A model generated the notes under the pieces. The model was not told the origin of the DNA. It worked only from the letters and a program-made list of their open reading frames with translations, and made no database searches. Below, piece after piece: positions 1-9,776 of a DNA stretch of 64,000 bases (the stretch's first letter is position 1; the number at the start of each line of letters is the position of its first letter). A program made the translations under genes and the position numbers. Source of the DNA: an uncultured Acidimicrobiia bacterium (lineage in GTDB: Bacteria; Actinomycetota; Acidimicrobiia; Acidimicrobiales; AC-14). Location of the stretch: contig CAWIIV010000023.1 in the NCBI GenBank assembly GCA_963836205.1, forward strand, positions 32,001 through 96,000, in the 5' to 3' direction.

Positions 1-194
1 TCGAGGCGGTCGCCTCCGTGGAGCTCGACGTCGCCGTCGCGGGTGTGGAAGACGATGCTCCCCGACACGCAGAACAGGACCTTGTGGTAGGTGTGCGAGT
101 GCCAGCCGTAGGTGTCGCCCGGCCCGTTCCCCCACGACGTGGGCGACAGCCCCTCCTCGCGGAACTGCGCCTCGACCTCGGCCCGGGAGGTCAC
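1..194 (-). CDS. Cupin-domain protein (partial, runs off window start)
   Basis: Manual translation from GTG at 194: MTSRAEVEAQFREEGLSPTSWGNGPGDTYGWHSHTYHKVLFCVSGSIVFHT..., with a cupin HxH motif; start overlaps the stop of the upstream gene (GTGA). Confidence 0.75.
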   Translation of the reverse strand, partial: MTSRAEVEAQFREEGLSPTSWGNGPGDTYGWHSHTYHKVLFCVSGSIVFHTRDGDVELHGGDRL

Positions 195-1447
195 GGCTGC
201 ACCAGCGCCCGCATCATGGGCTCCAGCTTGGCCTGCGTCTCCGCCCACTCGGCGCCGGCCGACGACCCGGCCACGATCCCGGCCCCGGCGTACAGATGGG
301 CCACCGCCCCCTCGATCTGGGCGCACCGCAGTGCTACCGCCCAGTCGCCGTCGCCCCGGCTGTCGACCCATCCCACGGGACCCGTATACCCACCCCGGTC
401 GAAGTCCTCCAGCTCGGCGATGGCGGCCAGCGCGGCCGGGCGGGGGGAGCCCGCCACCGCCGGGGTGGGGTGGAGCAGCCCGGCCAGGGCCAGGGCCGAC
501 GGCCACGGCGCCTTCAGCCGGCCGGCGACGGTGGTGGCCAGGTGGGCCACCGTGGCCAGGCGGGCGACCTCGGGTTGGGCGCTGGCCGAGACCTCCTCGC
601 ACACCGGCCCGAGGGCGGCCCGCACCGCCTCGACCACCACCCGGTGCTCCCGGCCCTCCTTGTTGGACGACTTCATGCGGGCCACCATGCGCCGGTCGTC
701 GTCGAGGGTGTCGCCCCGGGGGGCGGTGCCGGCCATGGGACGGGACACGACCAGGGCGTCTCGGCGGCGCACGAGCAGCTCGGGCGTGGCGCCCACCAAC
801 CCGCCGGCGAGGAACGTGAAGCACGTGGGGTGCCCGCCCCGCAGCCGGGTGAGGATGGTGGCGACGTCGAACGGGCGGTCGGCCTCCACCGTCACCTCCC
901 GGGCCAGGACCACCTTCGACAGCTCGCCGGAAGCAATGCGGGCGAGCGCGTCGTCGATCATCTCGCCCCACCGGGGACGAAGCCCATGGCCGTCGACGAC
1001 GAACCGGGACGGCCCCGGGCGGGCCGCGGCCGTCGGGGCGCCAGTCGAACCCGCGCCCGGACCGGTCTCGGTCCGCCACGCCTGGCCGGCCCGGGTGACG
1101 CCGATGACGACCGCGGGCACGATCAGCTCCGCCTCGCCGTCGTCGGAGAAGCCGGGCGCGCCCACCGCCAGCGGTCCCGAGCCCGGAACGCTGACCGTGT
1201 CGTCGGAGGCGATGGCGGCCAGCAGGGCCGACACCTCGGCCGCGGCCTCGTCGAGGCGCCCCGAGCCCTGCCGCACCCGGATCCGCGCCGCGACGCCCGA
1301 CGTCACCAGGCCGGCGCCGTCGTGCAGCCAGGCGAAGCCGTCGGGGTCGTCGCTCAGGGCGGCCAGCAGTTCGGGCAGGTCGGGGGGGTCGGCCAGCGGC
1401 CGGGTGCGGCTGGTCAGCACCGGCTGCGGCACCGGCAGGGCGCTCAT
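191..1447 (-). CDS. menF: Isochorismate synthase (chorismate-binding enzyme)
   Basis: Motifs KVVLAR, GATPELL, AGT, KEGREH, LHPTPAV and YAGAGIV...EWAET..K; ATG at 1447 overlaps the upstream stop (ATGA). Confidence 0.88.
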   Translation of the reverse strand: MSALPVPQPVLTSRTRPLADPPDLPELLAALSDDPDGFAWLHDGAGLVTSGVAARIRVRQGSGRLDEAAAEVSALLAAIASDDTVSVPGSGPLAVGAPGFSDDGEAELIVPAVVIGVTRAGQAWRTETGPGAGSTGAPTAAARPGPSRFVVDGHGLRPRWGEMIDDALARIASGELSKVVLAREVTVEADRPFDVATILTRLRGGHPTCFTFLAGGLVGATPELLVRRRDALVVSRPMAGTAPRGDTLDDDRRMVARMKSSNKEGREHRVVVEAVRAALGPVCEEVSASAQPEVARLATVAHLATTVAGRLKAPWPSALALAGLLHPTPAVAGSPRPAALAAIAELEDFDRGGYTGPVGWVDSRGDGDWAVALRCAQIEGAVAHLYAGAGIVAGSSAGAEWAETQAKLEPMMRALVQP

Positions 1448-2928
1448 ACCGCGACGCCCGACGCCCGGGTGCCGGTGAGGAGTTGGGCGATGCCGCCCGA
1501 CAGCGCCCGCCGGGACGCCCTGGTGAACCCGGCCGCGGCCATCATCGTCAGCATCTCGGGGGGCGGCGGCAGGTAGGCCACCGACTGCGGCAGGTACCGG
1601 TAGGCGGCCCGGTCGGAGAGCAGCCCGCCCACAAAAGGCACCACCTTGCCGAAGTACAGCCCGTGCCCCGCCCGCAGCACCCGGTTGGCCGGCACCGCCA
1701 CTTCCAGCAACGCCACCCGGCCGCCGGGGCGCAGCACCCGGGCGCACTCGGCGAAGAACAGGTCGAGCCCGAGGACGTTGCGGAGGGCGAAGCCGCACAC
1801 GATCCCGTCGACCGACCCGTCGGCCATCGACAGGGCCAGGGCGTCGCCCCGTACCAGCGGCGCCGACGTGCGGGCCGCGGCCAGCATCCCCGCCGACCGG
1901 TCGACGCCGACCGGCCGGTAGCCGGCGTCGTCCAGCACCCGGCACAGGTCGCCCGTCCCGCAGGCCAGGTCGAGCACGATCGCGCCCGGCGGCAGGGCCA
2001 GCGAGCGCACCGTCTTCTTTCGCCAGCCGACGTCCATGCGCATGGTGAGGATGCGGTTGAGGGCGTCGTAGCGGGGGGCGATGGCGTCGAACATGTCGTC
2101 GACCGCCCGCACCTTCTCGTCGCCCTGGGGCAGCCCACTCCGGCGGCGGGTCACGGAGGACCAGCCGTCGTCGGCCGCCGCGGCCGCGATCTCGGCCGCG
2201 TCGCCCACCGCCTCCAGGTGCTCCTGGGCGACCTGGAGCAGGATGCGGCGGAAGTGGAAGGCGACCAGGTCGCTCACCGCCGGCATCAGGGTGCGGAAGG
2301 TCTCCACCATCCGCTCCGCCTTGGCCGCGTCGCTCAGGTCGTCCTGCGCCCGCAGCGGCTTGCGCACGTAGACGTCGAACAGTTCCACCGCCTGGGTAGC
2401 CACCTCCCGGCTGAGGGCGTGGAAGCGGCGGGCGAGGTCGAAGACCTCGGTAAGGGGCAGGCCGGCCTCGAGCAGGCGCAGGCCGGCGGAAAGAACCGTG
2501 ACGTCGTCGGGGCCGAACCGGGCCTCGCCGTCGTGCATGCGGGGGACGAGGAGGCCCTCCCGGACGAGCGATTCGAGGATTGCGCTGGGGACGCCCACCT
2601 TGGCCGCCAGCCCCTCGAGGTCGTACGCCTCGCCCTCGCCGTCGCCCGCCGCGCTGGTGTCCTCGGCGCCCGCCTCCACCACCGCCGCCGCCAACCGCTC
2701 GTCGGCCGGGTCGAGCTCGCCCGACAGGAACCGCCGGATCACGGCCAACGTGAACCCCCGCCGCTGGAGCTCCTTGATGCGGGCGATGCGCTCGAGGTGG
2801 TCCTCGTTGTACCAGGCCAGCCGTCCGTCGCGGCCGGGGGCGGGCAGCAGGCGTTGCTTCTGATAGAAGCGGATGGTGTCGACGGAGACGTCGGCCTGGA
2901 GCGCCAGCTCCTCCACCCGCATCCTCAT
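1444..2928 (-). CDS. menG: MerR-family regulator in frame with a UbiE/MenG menaquinone methyltransferase (fusion or indel artefact)
   Basis: N-terminal MRVEELALQADVSVDTIRFYQKQRLL is a MerR HTH; from GTG at 2154 come MFDAIAPRYDALN, VLDLACGTGD and RVLRPGGR, typical of UbiE/MenG. Confidence 0.8.
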   Translation of the reverse strand: MRMRVEELALQADVSVDTIRFYQKQRLLPAPGRDGRLAWYNEDHLERIARIKELQRRGFTLAVIRRFLSGELDPADERLAAAVVEAGAEDTSAAGDGEGEAYDLEGLAAKVGVPSAILESLVREGLLVPRMHDGEARFGPDDVTVLSAGLRLLEAGLPLTEVFDLARRFHALSREVATQAVELFDVYVRKPLRAQDDLSDAAKAERMVETFRTLMPAVSDLVAFHFRRILLQVAQEHLEAVGDAAEIAAAAADDGWSSVTRRRSGLPQGDEKVRAVDDMFDAIAPRYDALNRILTMRMDVGWRKKTVRSLALPPGAIVLDLACGTGDLCRVLDDAGYRPVGVDRSAGMLAAARTSAPLVRGDALALSMADGSVDGIVCGFALRNVLGLDLFFAECARVLRPGGRVALLEVAVPANRVLRAGHGLYFGKVVPFVGGLLSDRAAYRYLPQSVAYLPPPPEMLTMMAAAGFTRASRRALSGGIAQLLTGTRASGVAV

Positions 2929-2982
2929 AGTGATCATTCTAGGAGCGATCGCTCCCGTGGTCAGCCCGGGAAGAATGGGGGC

Positions 2983-3609
2983 ATGGCCGCCACCGACCGT
3001 TGGGCCGACGCCTGCGCCGCCCTCACCGCCGCCGACCCGGCCATGGCCGCCGCCATCGCCGGGCTCGGGCCGTGCCGGCTGGTCCGGGGGCGGGCCGCGG
3101 GCGGTGCGTTCGGCGCGCTGGCCCGTTCCATCTGCTTCCAGCAACTGGCGGGAGCGGCCGCGGCCGCCATCCACGGACGCTTCGCCGCCCTGTACGACGG
3201 ACGTCCCACGCCGGCCGCGGTGGCGGCCACGCCGGAGGAGGTCCTACGCCGCGTCGGCCTGTCGGCGGCCAAGGTGGCGTCGATCAAAGACCTGGCGGCC
3301 AAGTCCCTCGACGGCACCGTCCGCCTCCAGGGCTGGGACCGCATGGGCGACGACGAGATCGTCGACCGCCTGGTCCAGGTGCGCGGCATCGGCCCGTGGA
3401 CGGCGCAGATGTTCCTGATCTTCCAACTCAACCGGCCCGACGTCTGGCCCACAGGCGACCTCGGCGTCCGGGTGGGGTTCGGCCGCATGCACGGCCTCGA
3501 CGAGGCCCCCACCCCTGCGGCATTGGCCGCCGCCGGCGAGATCTACCGTCCCTACCGCTCGATCGCGGCCTGGTACTGCTGGCGCGTGGTCGAAGGTCCC
3601 TACACCTGA
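2983..3609 (+). CDS. alkA: DNA-3-methyladenine glycosylase II (HhH-GPD family)
   Basis: SICFQQL, VRGIGPWTAQM, DVWPTGDLGV and PYRSIAAWYCW motifs. Confidence 0.9.
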   Translation: MAATDRWADACAALTAADPAMAAAIAGLGPCRLVRGRAAGGAFGALARSICFQQLAGAAAAAIHGRFAALYDGRPTPAAVAATPEEVLRRVGLSAAKVASIKDLAAKSLDGTVRLQGWDRMGDDEIVDRLVQVRGIGPWTAQMFLIFQLNRPDVWPTGDLGVRVGFGRMHGLDEAPTPAALAAAGEIYRPYRSIAAWYCWRVVEGPYT

Positions 3610-3786
3610 GGAGCCAGCCGAGGCCCGGAAGCGTCCCGCCGGTGGCCGACGAGCGGAAGGGGCTGCTCGCCTACCTGGCCCCGCAGCGCCGGCCACGCCG
3701 TCGTCGACGGCTCCAGCGATCGCTACGACTACCCCCTCCGCAGGGGTGTCCGTGCCATTCGCTCAGTCCGCCCGACCGCCTCCGCC

Positions 3787-3837
3787 GAGCGATCGCCACG
3801 AATGCCCCCTCCCTGGGGGTGTTTGTGGCAATCGCTC
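3787..3837. terminator. Long hairpin between convergent alkA and sufE (probable bidirectional terminator)
   Basis: GAGCGATCGCCACGAATGCCCCC-tccct-GGGGGTGTTTGTGGCAATCGCTC, a 23-bp imperfect stem. Confidence 0.6.
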
Positions 3838-3855
3838 GCCCGGCCCGGCCCCACG

Positions 3856-4314
3856 TCAGGGCGCAGGCGGCTCGGTCTGCGCCTGGCGGGCGGCCATCTG
3901 CGCCCCTACCTGTCGCTTGAGGCGGGCGAGGATGGCCGACATTCCCCGCAGCCGGAGTGACGAGATGACCTCGGCCAGGCCCATCTTGTTGTAGAAGTCG
4001 TTCGGCGTGTCCAGCACGTCAGCGGCCGAGGCCCCCTCGAGCCCGGCCGACAGGATGCCGGCGAAGCCCCGGGTCGTGGGCGCCTCCGCCGGTACCCGGA
4101 AGTGGAGGTGGACCCGCTCGTCGTCGTCGATCTCGGTGGCCAGGAAGAAGGGCGTCTGGCACTCGGGCACGCCCTCCATCAGCTCCGGATGGTCGAGGTA
4201 GCGCTCGGGCAGGGGGGGCACCTTGCGGGAGTACTCCAGGAGCGCCTGGATGCGCAGATCCTTGGGGGCTCCCCCGAACAGGTCGACGATGCGTTGCAGG
4301 GCGGGCGTGGTCAC
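3856..4314 (-). CDS. sufE: SufE-family sulfur acceptor protein
   Basis: VPECQTP and EAPTTRGFAGIL motifs; LRLRGM near the C-terminus. Confidence 0.88.
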   Translation of the reverse strand: MTTPALQRIVDLFGGAPKDLRIQALLEYSRKVPPLPERYLDHPELMEGVPECQTPFFLATEIDDDERVHLHFRVPAEAPTTRGFAGILSAGLEGASAADVLDTPNDFYNKMGLAEVISSLRLRGMSAILARLKRQVGAQMAARQAQTEPPAP

Positions 4315-4351
4315 ACCCCAGTTTCCCACGGCGCCGACGCCAATTCGCAAC

Positions 4352-4393
4352 AAAGCCGACTATATTGGTCGGGAATCAGGATTGGTAGGAAAT
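4352..4393. promoter_or_regulatory. Palindromic operator (Rrf2-like) in the divergent sufE/sulfurtransferase promoter
   Basis: CCGAC-TATATTG-GTCGG at 4356-4372 plus a related half site ATTGGTAGGAAAT at 4381-4393 in an AT-rich intergenic stretch. Confidence 0.45.
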
Positions 4394-4421
4394 CACGCGC
4401 GATCTACACCAAGGAGGCTCC

Positions 4422-5297
4422 ATGCCCGTCGCCGCAGACCCCGCAGCCGAGCTGCAGCAGTACGCCCATCCCGAGATGCTCGTCACCGCCGAGTGGGTGG
4501 CCGAGCACCTCGACGATCCCAACGTGGTGATCGTGGAGTCCGACGAGGACGTCCTCCTCTACGACACCGGCCACATCCCGGGCGCGATCAAGGTCGACTG
4601 GCACCTCGACCTCAACGACCAGCTCACCCGCGACTACGTCGACGGCAATGGCTTCGCCAGCCTGGCCTCCAAGGGCGGGATCAACCGCGACTCCACCGTT
4701 GTCTTCTACGGCGACGCCTTCAACTGGTGGGCCGCCTACGCCCTGTGGGTGTTCAAGCTCTTCGGCCACCCCGACGTGCGCCTGCTCAACGGGGGCCGCG
4801 CCAAGTGGATCAAGGACGGCCGAGAGCTCAGCACCGACGTCCCCAAGCGGGACGCCACCGACTACCCCGTGGTCGAGCGCGACGACGCCCCCATCCGGGC
4901 CTACCGCGACGACACCCTCGGCCACATCGGCGAGGGCCCGCTGATCGACGTCCGGTCGCCCGGCGAGTACTCAGGCGAGCTGCTGCACATGCCCGAGTAC
5001 CCCCAGGAGGGCGCTCTGCGCGGTGGCCACATCCCCACCGCCAAGAGCCAGCCGTGGAAAGCGACGGCCAACGAGGACGACGGGACGTTCAAGGACGCCG
5101 AGTTCCTCCGGGGCCTCTACGAGGGCAAGCACGGCCTCAAGTCCGACGACGACGTGATCGTCTACTGCCGCATCGGCGAGCGCTCCAGCCACACCTGGTT
5201 CGTGCTCACCCACCTCCTCGGCTACGAGAACGTCCGCAACTACGACGGCTCGTGGACCGAGTGGGGCAACCTGGTGCGGGCCCCGATCGAGCGGTAG
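4422..5297 (+). CDS. sseA: Tandem-domain rhodanese / thiosulfate sulfurtransferase
   Basis: [15 protein letters not shown] active site and YDGSWTEW; RBS AGGAGG upstream. Confidence 0.93.
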   Translation: MPVAADPAAELQQYAHPEMLVTAEWVAEHLDDPNVVIVESDEDVLLYDTGHIPGAIKVDWHLDLNDQLTRDYVDGNGFASLASKGGINRDSTVVFYGDAFNWWAAYALWVFKLFGHPDVRLLNGGRAKWIKDGRELSTDVPKRDATDYPVVERDDAPIRAYRDDTLGHIGEGPLIDVRSPGEYSGELLHMPEYPQEGALRGGHIPTAKSQPWKATANEDDGTFKDAEFLRGLYEGKHGLKSDDDVIVYCRIGERSSHTWFVLTHLLGYENVRNYDGSWTEWGNLVRAPIER

Positions 5298-5311
5298 CCG
5301 GCGCGCCGACG

Positions 5312-5581
5312 TCAGGCCACGGCAGGTGCGGCGGTGGCGGCGGTGGCGGCGGCCACCGCCGCAGCCGCGTCGAGGAACTGGAGCGCCCGGGACACCTCGG
5401 GCATGTCGGACCGCCCCGACGACGTCAGCCGGCACGTCTCCCGGGCCTGCCCGAGCACCCACGGGTCGTACCCCGCGGCCTCGGCCAGGTCACCCACCGC
5501 CTCGTGCTCCGGCACCATCGACACCACCAGCGCCAGCGCTCGCCCCACCAGCCGCACGTCCCCCAGCTCGGCCATCGTCAC
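5312..5581 (-). CDS. Hypothetical protein (89 aa)
   Basis: ORF with host-like codon use directly downstream of the sigma factor gene. Confidence 0.5.
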   Translation of the reverse strand: MTMAELGDVRLVGRALALVVSMVPEHEAVGDLAEAAGYDPWVLGQARETCRLTSSGRSDMPEVSRALQFLDAAAAVAAATAATAAPAVA

Positions 5582-5610
5582 GGGCGACCTGTACCCCCCC
5601 GGAACCGGTC

Positions 5611-6549
5611 CTACGCCGACAAAAGGTCGCGCATGCTGCGGGTCGAGGCGCGCCGCAGCTTGGTCATGGCCCGGGTCTCGACCTGGCGGACGACCTCCCG
5701 GGAGAGCTCCAGCAGCTCGGCCACCTCGTCGAGCGAGCGGGAGCGGCCCCAGTCGAGCCCGAAGCGCAGACCGAGGACCTCCTGCTCCCGGGGGTCGAGG
5801 GCAGCCAGCAGCTGGCGCACCTGGCCGGGGAGCATGGCCTCGAACACGGCCTGGTCGGGCGGGGCCGACTTGGCGTCCTCCACCCGGTCGCCCAGCTCGC
5901 CGCCGTCGGTGTCGTTGATCCGCTCCGACAGCGACACCGGCTCCACCACGTGAGGGAGCAGCTCCTTGACCTTCCTGGTGGGCAGGGTGACGGCGGCGGC
6001 AACCTCGTCGGCCCGCGGCGGACGGCCGTTACGGACCTCGAAGGCGGCACTGGCCATGCGGATGGCGGTGAGCTGATCGCCGGCGTGGACCGGGAGGCGG
6101 ATGGTGCGGCTGGTGTTGGCGATCCCGCGGGTGATCGTCTGGCGGATCCACCACGTGGCGTAGGTGGAGAACTTGAACCCGCGGGACGGGTCGAAGCGCT
6201 CGACCGCCTCGATGAGCCCGAAGTTGCCCTCCTGGATGATGTCGAGGAGGGGCAGCCCGCACGACTGGTAGCGCTTGGCGATGGACACCACCAGGCGGAG
6301 GTTGGCCTGCACGAACTGGCAGGCGGCGTCGGCCCCGGCGCCGGCGACTACTTCCAACTCCTTGCGGCGGACGGGGTCGACTCCCACCCCCGCCTGCTGC
6401 AACCGGGCCGCCGCCGCCTGCCCGGCCTGGGTGAGCTGGCCCAGGCGGGCCTCGTCCTCCCTGGTCAGCAGCGGGTGCTTGCCGATGTCGTTCAGGTAGA
6501 GCTGGAGGAGGTCGTGCTCCTCGGCGCTCTGTCCTCGTCGACCGGTCAC
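5611..6549 (-). CDS. RpoD/SigB-like sigma-70 factor with region 1.2
   Basis: LYLNDIGKHPLLT, NLRLVVSIAKRY and GFKFSTYATWWIRQ motifs; region 4 HTH present. Confidence 0.92.
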   Translation of the reverse strand: MTGRRGQSAEEHDLLQLYLNDIGKHPLLTREDEARLGQLTQAGQAAAARLQQAGVGVDPVRRKELEVVAGAGADAACQFVQANLRLVVSIAKRYQSCGLPLLDIIQEGNFGLIEAVERFDPSRGFKFSTYATWWIRQTITRGIANTSRTIRLPVHAGDQLTAIRMASAAFEVRNGRPPRADEVAAAVTLPTRKVKELLPHVVEPVSLSERINDTDGGELGDRVEDAKSAPPDQAVFEAMLPGQVRQLLAALDPREQEVLGLRFGLDWGRSRSLDEVAELLELSREVVRQVETRAMTKLRRASTRSMRDLLSA

Positions 6550-6616
6550 CCGACCCCTTTCGCCGCGACTCGCAACGTACCAAACGACGCCCCGCCCGTC
6601 ATGGGTGGCGAACGTC

Positions 6617-7006
6617 TCACGGCGGATCGAAGCGCAGGTGGAGGCAGAAGTCGCCGTCGTCGCGGCCGGTCTCGACCCGGGTCGCGATCTGGCTCATGAG
6701 ATGGAGGCCCCGCCCGTGCTCGGCCAGGGGTTCGGCCGCCACCCGGCCGGCGAGCTCGAAGCCCAGGCCCCGATCGCAGACGGTGACCACCAGCGCCCCC
6801 CGGTCGAGGGTGGCTGCGACCCGGAGCACGCCCCCGCCGTGGCGGTCGGCGTTGGTGAGGGCTTCGTGGACCGCCAGCACCACGGCGTCGGCGTGCCGGC
6901 CCCACCGGGTGCCGGCCAGGATCGCCTTCAGCTCCCGGCGGGCATCGCCCGGCGTGACCGGAAGCATGAGGGGTGCCGGTTGACCGGTGGCTTGAGTCGA
7001 GGGCAT
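6617..7006 (-). CDS. RsbW-like HATPase_c protein (anti-sigma / Ser kinase-like)
   Basis: LAVHEALTNADRHG, VCDRGLGF and EHGRGLHLM motifs; start uncertain. Confidence 0.8.
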   Translation of the reverse strand: MPSTQATGQPAPLMLPVTPGDARRELKAILAGTRWGRHADAVVLAVHEALTNADRHGGGVLRVAATLDRGALVVTVCDRGLGFELAGRVAAEPLAEHGRGLHLMSQIATRVETGRDDGDFCLHLRFDPP

Positions 7007-7259
7007 GAGTTGTTGGGCGGCGCTGCGAAAAGGGGGCTCGGTGGTAGGTCTGCCCGATGCGGCCGGTCGGGAACCACGAATCGTGCGGTTGACGCGGGCA
7101 GACCTCGAGCGCAGGTTCGTCGACCTGCGTGCGCTGATCAGCGGCGGCACCGGTTGGACCCAATCCGGCGCCGCGAGGCTCTACCAGTCCGAGGTCCCGT
7201 CGGCCCCTCCCGGAGCCACGGCCCGTCCTCTTGGGTGGACAGGCGAACATCGATCTCGA

Positions 7260-8255
7260 TCAGGTGCACCCCGGCGGGGGAAGTTCGCCCACGGCCGCCA
7301 AGAAGTCTCGGAAGATGACGGCCTCGACAGGATCGTTTCCTGATTCCATTTCCGCTACCGTTTCCCATCCGGACCAGAGCAGGATGATCCCGATCCCGCA
7401 ATACCCTCGTACGATCGCCAGTTGCCGGCGCATTGTCTCCGGCGAGATCGCCAGACGCTTGTCCGTCGAACCGTCGCCCGTGAGGACCCAGAATGAGAGG
7501 ATGGGACAGAGGGGGATCGGTCGACAGTCACTGCGGGTCAGTGTCAGCGATGACTCGATTGCCTGTCGTGTGGCCGCATCGGTCCATTCCTCGACATGCT
7601 CTACACTCGGGGCGAAGCGGACGTAGAGAACCGGGACCAGGTAGTCGAGCTCGTCGTACATGTTGAAGTCTCCGGCGGCTCTATAGCCTCTCATTCGCTG
7701 TTGGAATTCTGGGCTTGTCCGGCCCCTGGCTGCTGGGACGATGACCTGGTAGAGCGCGAGCTTTGCTCCCGTCCCATCCAGCACCTCCCGTGCCACGCGT
7801 ATTCTCAAGATGTACGCATCGACAATTCTTTGCCAAAGTGGACCATCCACATACTTCCCGAGGTCGCGAAGAGCCAGATCTCCCGGCTCCATATCGAGCA
7901 CAACGAGATCGTTCGGACCAGGGTGGATGTCGTGCTCGTGCAGGTAGCGTGTCAGCCTGATGCAAATGTCTTCTTTACCTGTCCCGAGAAACTCGTCTTG
8001 CGCGGTGTCGCGGCCCGCATAAAGCGCTGAGCCTTGGATCAGCACCGCATTGTTGGTGATCCCGAAGTCTTCGAGCTCTCCTCGAAGATCGTTGCCCGCG
8101 AATCGACCCTGAAGCGCAAAACGAACGTCGCAGGTTCTCGAGTCGGCAATGCGACACCAACGAATGCACTTGGGAGAGCCGCGAAGGAGACACCGAAGCG
8201 CACACCGCAGCCAGCGAAAGAAGCAACGGATCCACCTGCCGAGGTCAGAGCTCAT
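7260..8255 (-). CDS. Hypothetical protein, possible TIM-barrel glycoside hydrolase-like, with a Cys/Arg/Trp-rich N-terminus
   Basis: 332-codon ORF in visibly lower-GC DNA; VVLDMEP, KLALYQ and DYLVPVLY segments. Confidence 0.6.
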   Translation of the reverse strand: MSSDLGRWIRCFFRWLRCALRCLLRGSPKCIRWCRIADSRTCDVRFALQGRFAGNDLRGELEDFGITNNAVLIQGSALYAGRDTAQDEFLGTGKEDICIRLTRYLHEHDIHPGPNDLVVLDMEPGDLALRDLGKYVDGPLWQRIVDAYILRIRVAREVLDGTGAKLALYQVIVPAARGRTSPEFQQRMRGYRAAGDFNMYDELDYLVPVLYVRFAPSVEHVEEWTDAATRQAIESSLTLTRSDCRPIPLCPILSFWVLTGDGSTDKRLAISPETMRRQLAIVRGYCGIGIILLWSGWETVAEMESGNDPVEAVIFRDFLAAVGELPPPGCT

Positions 8256-8732
8256 CGCTGCGAGTCGCTGGGTGCGAGGGGAAAAGTGCGATCCACGTGG
8301 CGAGTGCCAACTGGGAGCGGGCTGCCCTTCCCCCAAAAGAGGGAAGCACGGGGCCGGCCCATCCAGGGGACCTGCCGGACCGGGCCATCGAACCGTTCAG
8401 GTCCAATCATGGCTTCCGCATCCTCCTCGCCGTGAGCTCGAGCCCCTCGGGGATGGGGTGCCGAGCTCTGAGCGCCATTCTACCGAGCCGGCGGCCGGCT
8501 CGCCGGGGGGCGGGCGGGGCGCGACGGCGCGTCGGCCGGTCCGCCGACCGCATGAAACGCCGGGTTCGGCGGCGTCTCCCACGACCGTCTGGCCGACCCG
8601 CCACACGACCCGTCTCTCTCCCGGGCGAGTGCCTCCAACGAGGCCTCCGGATCCGCGTCATGATTCCGCTCCCGGCACGTGACCCCCACCGGGTCTGCCG
8701 AACGTGTGACGCCCGCAAGGAGGTACTGGGAA

Positions 8733-9776
8733 GTGGCCAAGACCCGCACGGTCTTCTCGCTCTCTCTGGTGGCTGCGATCGCCCTCGTGGCCGCCGTCCT
8801 GGGGGTGGTGGCCGGACGGGCCACCGGGTCGTCGGGCGATGGCGGTGGAGGCGGCGGATCGGGCGGGGCGGCCGGCGGCAAGAAGATCGACGTGATCATC
8901 AAGGCCAGCGACTCCTCGTTCTGGCAGGTGATGCTGGCCGGGTCGAAGCAGGCCGGGGGTGACTTCGGCCTGTCGGTGAGCACCTTCGGGCCCACGTCGG
9001 AGACCAACATCGACGAGCAGGTCCAGTTGGTCGAGAACTCGATCTCGCGGGGGGCGGACGGGATCGTGATCGCCCCCAACTCGTCCAGCGCCCTCAACTC
9101 CGCCATCGACCGGGCCCGGGCCGAGGGGATCAAGGTCGTCACCGTCGACACCGCGGTCACCACCGCCACCGAGGGCTTCATCGGCACCGACAACGTCAAG
9201 GCCGGCGAGCAGGCGGGGCGGAAGATGTGCGAGCTGCTCACGGCCGCCAACAAGACCTCGGGCAAGGTGCTGATCGAGTCGTCGGTGGCCGGCATCCAGT
9301 CGCTCGTCGACCGCGATGCCGGCTTCCGGCAGGGCTTGGCCGAGGAGTGCCCGGGCGTCGACGCCTCCCTCCAGCGGTACAACAACAACGACATCAACAC
9401 CGCCGCGTCCCAGGTGAACGACGCCCTCACCGCCAACCCCGACCTGCTCGGGGTCTTCGCCGACAACAACACTTCGGGTGTCGGCGCGGCCCGGGCCATC
9501 AAGGACAACAACGTCGCCGACCGCATCCCGGTGGTGGCCTTCGACTCCGACCCCCAGGAGAACGCCGCCCTCGCCGACGGGTCCATCGACGCCCTGGTGG
9601 TGCAGAACCCGTACTTCTTCGGCTACCAGGGCGTGCTCCAGGCCGGTATGGCCACCGTCAACCGCATCCCGCCGCGCGTCCTCGATCCCGGCGCGGTCGT
9701 CGCCGACAAGGACAACATGGACGAGCCCGAGGTGAAGCAGCTCCTCGAGCCGCCCACCGAGGAGGCGGGATCATGA
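8733..9776 (+). CDS. Sugar ABC transporter substrate-binding protein (RbsB-like)
   Basis: Signal peptide; FIGTDNVKAG, VVAFD and VVQNPY motifs. Confidence 0.9.
   Translation: MAKTRTVFSLSLVAAIALVAAVLGVVAGRATGSSGDGGGGGGSGGAAGGKKIDVIIKASDSSFWQVMLAGSKQAGGDFGLSVSTFGPTSETNIDEQVQLVENSISRGADGIVIAPNSSSALNSAIDRARAEGIKVVTVDTAVTTATEGFIGTDNVKAGEQAGRKMCELLTAANKTSGKVLIESSVAGIQSLVDRDAGFRQGLAEECPGVDASLQRYNNNDINTAASQVNDALTANPDLLGVFADNNTSGVGAARAIKDNNVADRIPVVAFDSDPQENAALADGSIDALVVQNPYFFGYQGVLQAGMATVNRIPPRVLDPGAVVADKDNMDEPEVKQLLEPPTEEAGS

Noticed and set aside
7070-7145. DUF559-like C-terminal remnant (IVRLTRADL)
   Set aside because: Too short to support without a search
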